Position numbers and translations under genes: made by a program. Of a DNA stretch of 64,000 nt, positions 58,316-64,000 are shown piece by piece. Below the pieces are notes generated by a model. It did not search any database. It was not told the DNA's origin and worked only from the letters and a program-made list of their open reading frames with translations. Positions within the stretch are counted from its first letter, which is position 1. Each line of letters opens with the position of its first letter. The stretch comes from an uncultured virus (IMG/VR IMGVR_UViG_3300020171_000002) (taxonomy: Duplodnaviria > Heunggongvirae > Uroviricota > Caudoviricetes), in IMG/VR virus record IMGVR_UViG_3300020171_000002; one strand, written 5' to 3'.

Positions 58316-58373
58316 TTTTTAATTTTCCTTATAAAATTCTAATTTTATTTGTTCAATCTGTTATTAAATAATT

Positions 58374-58688
58374 TTAATTTTGTTTTTTAATTGACGTGAT
58401 TCCAGTTAATTTTCTGAATTCCTTTAAATCTTTTTTGTTTTCAATAATAATACTTAATGCTTTATATTTATTTTTTGACCAAATATGTATATTATATTGA
58501 TTATAAAAATTTTCATATGTTGCATTCAAAAAATTATTTTCCTTAATTGAATTTTGAATTAATCCAATTTTAAGACCGTTTTCATAATCTTTTAAATTTT
58601 CATCATTCCAGGATGGCTTTAAATAAGTATATCCATATAAACCGTCATTAATACCATGATTAAATATTTCAAAATTTTTGTATAACAT
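58374..58688 (-). CDS. Hypothetical protein
   Basis: ORF with RBS. Confidence 0.5.
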   Translation of the reverse strand: MLYKNFEIFNHGINDGLYGYTYLKPSWNDENLKDYENGLKIGLIQNSIKENNFLNATYENFYNQYNIHIWSKNKYKALSIIIENKKDLKEFRKLTGITSIKKQN

Positions 58689-58719
58689 GATTCTAATTCC
58701 TTTATAATTTTATTTTTTT

Positions 58720-58923
58720 TTATTCTGAATAATACCAGTTTTCAAAATCCCATTTTGACCAGGAATTCATTAATATTTTTTTTGTTCGTGAAAAAAAATT
58801 CATTTGTTCGAATAATTCAATTTTAATGAATTCAGTTAAGTTTAAATTTTCAATATGTTTATATAGCATGGCTTCAGGAGCGAGGTTTATTAATTCTTTT
58901 TTGGTATGTTTTTTTAATGGCAT
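58720..58923 (-). CDS. Hypothetical protein
   Basis: Start moved to the ATG after GGAG. Confidence 0.5.
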   Translation of the reverse strand: MPLKKHTKKELINLAPEAMLYKHIENLNLTEFIKIELFEQMNFFSRTKKILMNSWSKWDFENWYYSE

Positions 58924-59445
58924 GATTTTTGTCTCCAATTTTTTAAAGTTTAATACGATATAAAAATCATAACAGAAAAAAAATAAAATACAAGTATTAA
59001 TTTTTATCAATTTTTATTATCAATTTTTTTTGATCATTGCAACAATAAAAAAATAATATTTTATAGAAAATATTAATTTTTAATCATCTCCAGGAATTAC
59101 AGCAAAAAAATAAAATTATTTTTTAAATTTTACACGTGAAAATTATTAAAATATAATAATATTTTCTAGAAAAAACTATATTAAAAAAGATAAAAAATCG
59201 CTGTAAATCGTTATTTTTGGCTTTAAAATGGATTTTTAAAGTTAAGGTATAAAGTGACCTATATTCTGTTAAATCGCTTGAAAGTGCCTTATTTTGGTTG
59301 TAAATTTGTTCTAATTTTAGATGGTATTATAAGTAAAATTTATTATAAAATGATTTATTGATAATAAAATTTTATAGTTAAAAATTGTATAAAATTTTAT
59401 CAATTTTTTAATTTTTATCAATTTATACCAATTTTTTAAAATCTA

Positions 59446-59473
59446 TTGTATTTTATTTTTTTGTTGTTATAAT
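59446..59473 (+). promoter_or_regulatory. Promoter TTGTAT-N16-TATAAT
   Basis: Member of the 16-nt-spacer family. Confidence 0.6.
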
Positions 59474-59529
59474 CAGAATAGTTATTAAATTAAAAAAAAA
59501 TAAAAAATAAAAAATAAAGGATTAAAAAA

Positions 59530-60066
59530 ATGAATCAATCAATTTTAATAAAAATAATAGAACAACAAATTAAAGACGTTTTAGAAATTGGGAATGCTAA
59601 ATTGCCAGTTAATATTAATTTTGATCAAATTGAAATAAAATATAATCTTAAAGGATTGACGGCTGGTAAAGCACAAAATTTAAAAAATGGGAAATATAGA
59701 TTATGGTTTAATTTAATCATTATGAATGACAATTTATTAGAATTCGAAAGAACAATAATTCATGAAATAGCCCATTTATACCAATATGATTTATATAAAA
59801 ATAGTTATATAAAATCACATGGTAAAGAATTCCATAAAATTAATAAAATTTTAGGTAACATTAATTCTACACGTTGTCATAATTACAATGTAGAATCGAT
59901 TAAGGAATTAAGAAAACCAAAATTAAAATTTATTTATACTTGTTCATGTAATAAAAATTTTAAATTATCGATTAACTTACACAACAAAATTAATAAAGGT
60001 CAAAATAGAATTTGCAGAAATTGTAGAAAAAAAATTGTATATACAGGTCAAACAATTTTAGAATAA
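59530..60066 (+). CDS. sprT: SprT-like zinc metalloprotease
   Basis: AGKA, HEIAH, HGKEF, C-terminal CxC..CxxC. Confidence 0.85.
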   Translation: MNQSILIKIIEQQIKDVLEIGNAKLPVNINFDQIEIKYNLKGLTAGKAQNLKNGKYRLWFNLIIMNDNLLEFERTIIHEIAHLYQYDLYKNSYIKSHGKEFHKINKILGNINSTRCHNYNVESIKELRKPKLKFIYTCSCNKNFKLSINLHNKINKGQNRICRNCRKKIVYTGQTILE

Positions 60067-60120
60067 ATAAAATAAAAAAATTCAAAAAATAAAAAAAATT
60101 AGAATTGGAGAAAAAATAAA

Positions 60121-60420
60121 ATGAAAATCACAAAATTTAAAAATTATTCTTTTTTACCTGGAGAGATTGAATCGGTATTAAAAAATTTAATTGGAGAAAA
60201 TTATCATACAATTTTTAAAAATAAATATTGGTTATTAGAATGTAAATTAATTGATAATTACAGTCTAAAATTAACTTGTTTATATGGATATAATACAGGA
60301 TTAACAGAAAATATTATTATTTATAAAGATAATCCTGGAATTGGATTAGATGGTATTTTAAGAATTCCCGAATATATTAAAAATAAAATTTATGAATTTG
60401 AATTTTTATTAAAAAATTGA
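60121..60420 (+). CDS. Hypothetical protein
   Basis: ORF with GGAG RBS. Confidence 0.55.
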   Translation: MKITKFKNYSFLPGEIESVLKNLIGENYHTIFKNKYWLLECKLIDNYSLKLTCLYGYNTGLTENIIIYKDNPGIGLDGILRIPEYIKNKIYEFEFLLKN

Positions 60421-60423
60421 CTA

Positions 60424-60451
60424 TTGACAAATAATTTTTAATTCCTATAAT
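60424..60451 (+). promoter_or_regulatory. Promoter TTGACA-N16-TATAAT
   Basis: Consensus hexamers. Confidence 0.75.
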
Positions 60452-60507
60452 CAGTATAGTTATTAAATTAAATAAAAAAAATTAGAAAATTGGAGAAAAT
60501 AAAAAAT

Positions 60508-60675
60508 ATGGAAATTTTAAATAATTTTGGCTTAATTGGAGATTTTATAGAATTGATCATAAAAATAATTGATGGTATAAATCCAATAATTATGATCATT
60601 TTGTTATTTGTTGTTTTTTTGGTTATTATGTTTAATAATTCAATAATTACTAAAAAATCAGCATACCGATATTAA
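60508..60675 (+). CDS. Small membrane protein
   Basis: ATG after GGAG; hydrophobic helix. Confidence 0.5.
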   Translation: MEILNNFGLIGDFIELIIKIIDGINPIIMIILLFVVFLVIMFNNSIITKKSAYRY

Positions 60676-60743
60676 AATTAAATTTTATGATATAATCAGA
60701 AAATAATCAGAAAATAAAAAAAATTAGAATTGGAGAAAATAAA

Positions 60744-60989
60744 ATGACAACAAAAAAATATAATAATGGATTGTATAAAACAACATCAAAAAAACAAGAC
60801 AATAAATTAACTGAACTATGGATGTTATTCAATCCCATTAATTCAAGTACAAATTTTGATCAAAAATCAGGAATAGTTATTTATACGTTTGCTTTAAGTG
60901 ATGATCAAAAAAATTTGTCATATAAAATTTTTGAAATTAACTGGACGGGTAGAATTTTATCAGTAACAACAAAAAAAGATTTATATTAA
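60744..60989 (+). CDS. Hypothetical protein
   Basis: ORF with GGAG RBS. Confidence 0.55.
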   Translation: MTTKKYNNGLYKTTSKKQDNKLTELWMLFNPINSSTNFDQKSGIVIYTFALSDDQKNLSYKIFEINWTGRILSVTTKKDLY

Positions 60990-61360
60990 AAATTAAAAAA
61001 AATAATAAAAAATTTATAGAATTTTAATTCCTGGAATTGGAGAAAAAATTAAAATGTTAAATTATATCGTAAATCAAATAAATAAGATTATTGTCAATCA
61101 ATTTGATCAAAAAATCCAAAAATCCGAAAGTGTAAAAATTAAATTAAAATCATCCATTGGAGAGACAAATTATTTAAATATCAATCAAAACCAATTGGAT
61201 CAAATTATTAAAATTTTTGAAAATAATTAAAAAATAATAAATCTGGAGAAAAAAAATAAAAATATGAAAAAATAATCAGGAATTCAGGAAAATAAAAAAA
61301 TAATAAAAATTTCAAAAAATAATAAAAAATTGAAATTTTTATTATTTTTAAAATTGAGTA

Positions 61361-61388
61361 TTGACAATTTGATTTTAATCCCTATAAT
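61361..61388 (+). promoter_or_regulatory. Promoter TTGACA-N16-TATAAT
   Basis: Consensus hexamers. Confidence 0.75.
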
Positions 61389-61433
61389 CTATATTATCGA
61401 TTAAATCAAAATAAAAAAATTGGAGATTATAAA

Positions 61434-62015
61434 ATGAAAACAATTCAAATTAAATCAGTTAATCATAATTTTGGAGAGATTAGTTATACAGAAAAAAATT
61501 TTATTGGATTATTTATATCTCAAGATTTAGAAAATAATCAGATTAATTATTCTGATGGTAAAGAAAATTATCAGATTAAAATTAATGATTATAGATTATA
61601 TTCAAGCGATGATTTTCGGTTAGATAATTATCAAGTGACTGAAATTAAAGAGACTGAAATTTTATTTTTTGATAATGATTTAAATTTTTCTGTTAGAATT
61701 CATAAAAATTATAATTTTTTCATTATCAGGAATTTTAAGAATCTTGTAAAGATAGATAATGAAAAATTGGTTTATAGTTTATTATGCAATTCTAAAAATT
61801 TTGGTTTTGAGTATACTCAAAATATTTTAAATTTATTGGTTTACAATGGCAATTCAAGCTTTAAATTATCTTTAAAAAATCAAGTTGTAACATGGTTTAA
61901 TAATTGGATTAATGGAATTGTAAATAAATATAATAAACCACTATCTGAAAAACAATATACAGGATTGACGAAATACAATCCTGAAAATAGAAAATACTTA
62001 AATTATGCTTATTAG
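61434..62015 (+). CDS. Hypothetical protein
   Basis: 193 aa ORF with GGAG RBS; LSEKQ motif. Confidence 0.6.
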   Translation: MKTIQIKSVNHNFGEISYTEKNFIGLFISQDLENNQINYSDGKENYQIKINDYRLYSSDDFRLDNYQVTEIKETEILFFDNDLNFSVRIHKNYNFFIIRNFKNLVKIDNEKLVYSLLCNSKNFGFEYTQNILNLLVYNGNSSFKLSLKNQVVTWFNNWINGIVNKYNKPLSEKQYTGLTKYNPENRKYLNYAY

Positions 62016-62051
62016 AAAAATTTTAGAATAAAAAAATAAAAAATTAGAATT

Positions 62052-62090
62052 AATAAAATCCTGGAGAAAATAATCAGGATTTTATTTTTT
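62052..62090 (+). terminator. Intrinsic terminator
   Basis: AATAAAATCCTG / CAGGATTTTATT stem followed by a T run. Confidence 0.65.
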
Positions 62091-62130
62091 TATTTGTTGG
62101 TTTATTGGTTTATTTGTTGGATTGTAGGAT

Positions 62131-62166
62131 TGATTGATAGTGATTGATAGTGATTGATAGTGATTG
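62131..62166. repeat. Tandem repeat (TGATTGATAG) x3.6
   Basis: Read from sequence. Confidence 0.9.
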
Positions 62167-62206
62167 TATTTTGTTGGATGGTAGGAATTGATTAGATATC
62201 AAATAG

Positions 62207-62263
62207 TTAAGTTAAGTTAATGATTAAGTTAAGTTAATGATTAAGTTAAGTTAATGATTAAGT
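62207..62263. repeat. Tandem repeat (TTAAGTTAAGTTAATGA) x3.3
   Basis: Read from sequence. Confidence 0.9.
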
Positions 62264-62310
62264 GGGTTTAAGATTTATAATACTTCAGCATAAAATCCCA
62301 TGTTATGCGA

Positions 62311-62345
62311 ATATATCACGTTGTGATATATCACGTTGTGATATA
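62311..62345. repeat. Duplicated palindrome (ATATATCACGTTGTG) x2 + ATATA
   Basis: Read from sequence. Confidence 0.9.
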
Positions 62346-63058
62346 CTTTTAATGCTATAATCTCCAATAATCAATCATCATTTAAGCCATTCTAAGGCGA
62401 TTCTATAACCAATAGGTCATTATATATCATATCACTATATAAATCGCTTATTATCCTTTAAAATATCGTTAGAATGGATTGTATAGTATATTACAATGAT
62501 ATATAGTCAACGTATAGCACAACAACAAGAGACAACAAGAGACAAGAGACAAGCGATTCCAGGCAATCAATCAAGCTTATTTGATCCATTGATACCACTA
62601 TGCCATAGAATCGCCTTAAAATGGCTTAAAATGGCTTTAAATGTTGTCATAATGTATATATTATGACAAGTTATTGACGCCTATGGCATGGCATAACATA
62701 GAATAAGACCGCCATACTTTACATGAATTAATAGAAAGAATGTTCGAAAACCAGGGTAGGCACATCACATCACACACCCTACAAAACCCCCATCCAAAAC
62801 ACTCAACAAAATTAATCCAAAACAATCAAAAACCCCCTCAACTCCCTCACCAAACTTCACAATAAAAACAATCCAAAACTCACAACAACTCCACAAAAAC
62901 CCAAATCAAACCTACACAAAACCACTAACAAAAATCATCACATAAAACAATACAAACCAAAAAACTATAAAAAATCTATCAAAAAACCAATAACACACCT
63001 AAATTATCCAACTCAATTAAATTTTCAAAAACAACAAGCTATCTAAAACAACAAAACA

Positions 63059-63349
63059 TTAAAAACAACTATAAAACTTTCCATTAAAAAAAGGTACGCT
63101 AATCACATTAATCTTACTCCCCCTATATTTCAAATTCTTACTATAAACAGTATAAACCTTACCACCAATAACCTTCTCTCCCTTAACCATATAATCTTTT
63201 CTTGAAATTATAAAATTAAAATCCCAAAAATATAAAGAAAATATAAAATCTAATCTTCCAGAATTAAACAAAACAACAAAAAATATTTCTCTACCCTTTT
63301 TATCTGCTTTAGTAAATCTGAAATATGGTTTTGAAAATAGATTTTTCAT
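63059..63349 (-). CDS. Hypothetical protein
   Basis: ORF overlapping the upstream gene by ATGA. Confidence 0.5.
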   Translation of the reverse strand: MKNLFSKPYFRFTKADKKGREIFFVVLFNSGRLDFIFSLYFWDFNFIISRKDYMVKGEKVIGGKVYTVYSKNLKYRGSKINVISVPFFNGKFYSCF

Positions 63350-63651
63350 ATTTTACCCTGTTCCTCAATCCAATCCCAATTTCTATAATCCCAATCCATA
63401 TCCAAAATCTTATTTTCACTCACAACACTATAAGATTTTATTACAATCCAATCATCTTCCCAACCACTTTTCCATTCACCTGATTCATCTATTTTTCCTT
63501 CTTCTCTTTTCAATCTTAAAACTTTACCTACAACAGCATACTCTACAGGAATCCAACTAACATCAAGAATACTTATATTTCCAGATCTCTTACGCAGTAA
63601 ACATTGTTGATACATTTGCTCTTGTTTCTTGCTAATATTTTTATCTCCCAC
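63346..63651 (-). CDS. Hypothetical protein
   Basis: GTG start after AGGAGG. Confidence 0.55.
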   Translation of the reverse strand: MGDKNISKKQEQMYQQCLLRKRSGNISILDVSWIPVEYAVVGKVLRLKREEGKIDESGEWKSGWEDDWIVIKSYSVVSENKILDMDWDYRNWDWIEEQGKI

Positions 63652-63686
63652 ATTACACCTCCTATATACCTAAATTAACTCTATTT

Positions 63687-63962
63687 CTAAATTAACTCTT
63701 CTTCACTACAGCCAATAACTTCATATTCAGTAATATTGAATCCTAATTCAGCATTGATCAATACTTTTACATCAATCCTTCCTCTGGCTCTTCTGGCATA
63801 GTATTTCCAGCATTCATAACAAAAGTCTAAATTATTACCACTACTATCCTTTACCTTTACTTCAGAAAGAGTAGTAAATTTATTTTGATCTATATAAAAC
63901 TTACCAGGAATGATTCCTCCACAACTATCACACTTAATTATTTTTACATTTATTTCACTCAT
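63687..63962 (-). CDS. Zn-finger hypothetical protein
   Basis: CDSCG..DFCYEC; AGGAG RBS. Confidence 0.55.
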   Translation of the reverse strand: MSEINVKIIKCDSCGGIIPGKFYIDQNKFTTLSEVKVKDSSGNNLDFCYECWKYYARRARGRIDVKVLINAELGFNITEYEVIGCSEEELI

Positions 63963-64000
63963 TTATCAATCTCCTATTCTTCTTATTCTATGATCACTAA

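Larger units (their letters stand above)
16043..58349. repeat. Dispersed palindromic site AATAAAA-N6-TTTTATT (about 28 copies, nearly all at gene boundaries)
   Basis: 17 perfect copies starting at 16043, 19554, 24157, 35119, 38763, 43436, 44060, 44835, 47391, 47960, 48376, 48406, 48773, 49545, 50958, 52322, 57032; 11 one-mismatch copies. Confidence 0.9.

Noticed and set aside
16043..58349. N6 palindromes as ordinary intrinsic terminators
   Set aside because: A/T-only 7-bp stems are weak, the loop length is fixed while its sequence varies, and they lie inside apparent operons directly before RBSs.
33361..61345. Further palindrome-like sites at 33361, 59044, 60671 and 61321
   Set aside because: Spacer length is not 6 or there are several mismatches in very AT-rich DNA; not counted.
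62131..62553. CRISPR array
   Set aside because: The repeats are head-to-tail with no unique spacers, and no cas genes are present.
1..64000. Genome-wide TAG recoding
   Set aside because: Only one interrupted gene was found; long ORFs are intact in the standard code and TAG terminates several genes.
1..64000. tRNA or rRNA genes
   Set aside because: No T-loop or cloverleaf signature recognised by eye; a tRNAscan-SE run is needed to exclude them.

Overview
A 64 kb AT-rich segment of a large dsDNA phage genome, almost all on the minus strand; no tRNA, rRNA or CRISPR array was recognised. Four regions: (1) 1-19.5 kb, nucleotide metabolism and an SPbeta-like replication module (class II RNR, dNMP kinase, 5'-nucleotidase, GuaB/GuaC, RecD2, DNA polymerase, RecJ, primase, DnaB-like helicase, intein-containing AAA ATPase, SSB-like protein); (2) 19.6-33.4 kb, a heptose/glycosyltransferase island containing a tyrosine recombinase and a solo TnpB; (3) 33.4-59 kb, many small accessory genes, including DNA methyltransferases, a Mom-like protein and tRNA/RNA-repair enzymes; (4) 59-64 kb, a divergent early-type operon and a 1 kb repeat-rich non-coding region. 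Main observations: about 28 copies of a palindromic AATAAAA-N6-TTTTATT site at gene boundaries, each with a different spacer, in a genome with an intact tyrosine recombinase (candidate gene-cassette or operator system); a family-B polymerase fused to a DnaE-like C-terminal tail; a -1 frameshift signal (G_GTT_TTT plus hairpin) joining a membrane protein to a 3D domain; an HNH-AP2/GT2 fusion; a 15-bp inverted repeat around the promoter upstream of the glycan island; and two promoter classes with 16 versus 17 nt spacers. All assignments come from motif reading by eye, without database searches.
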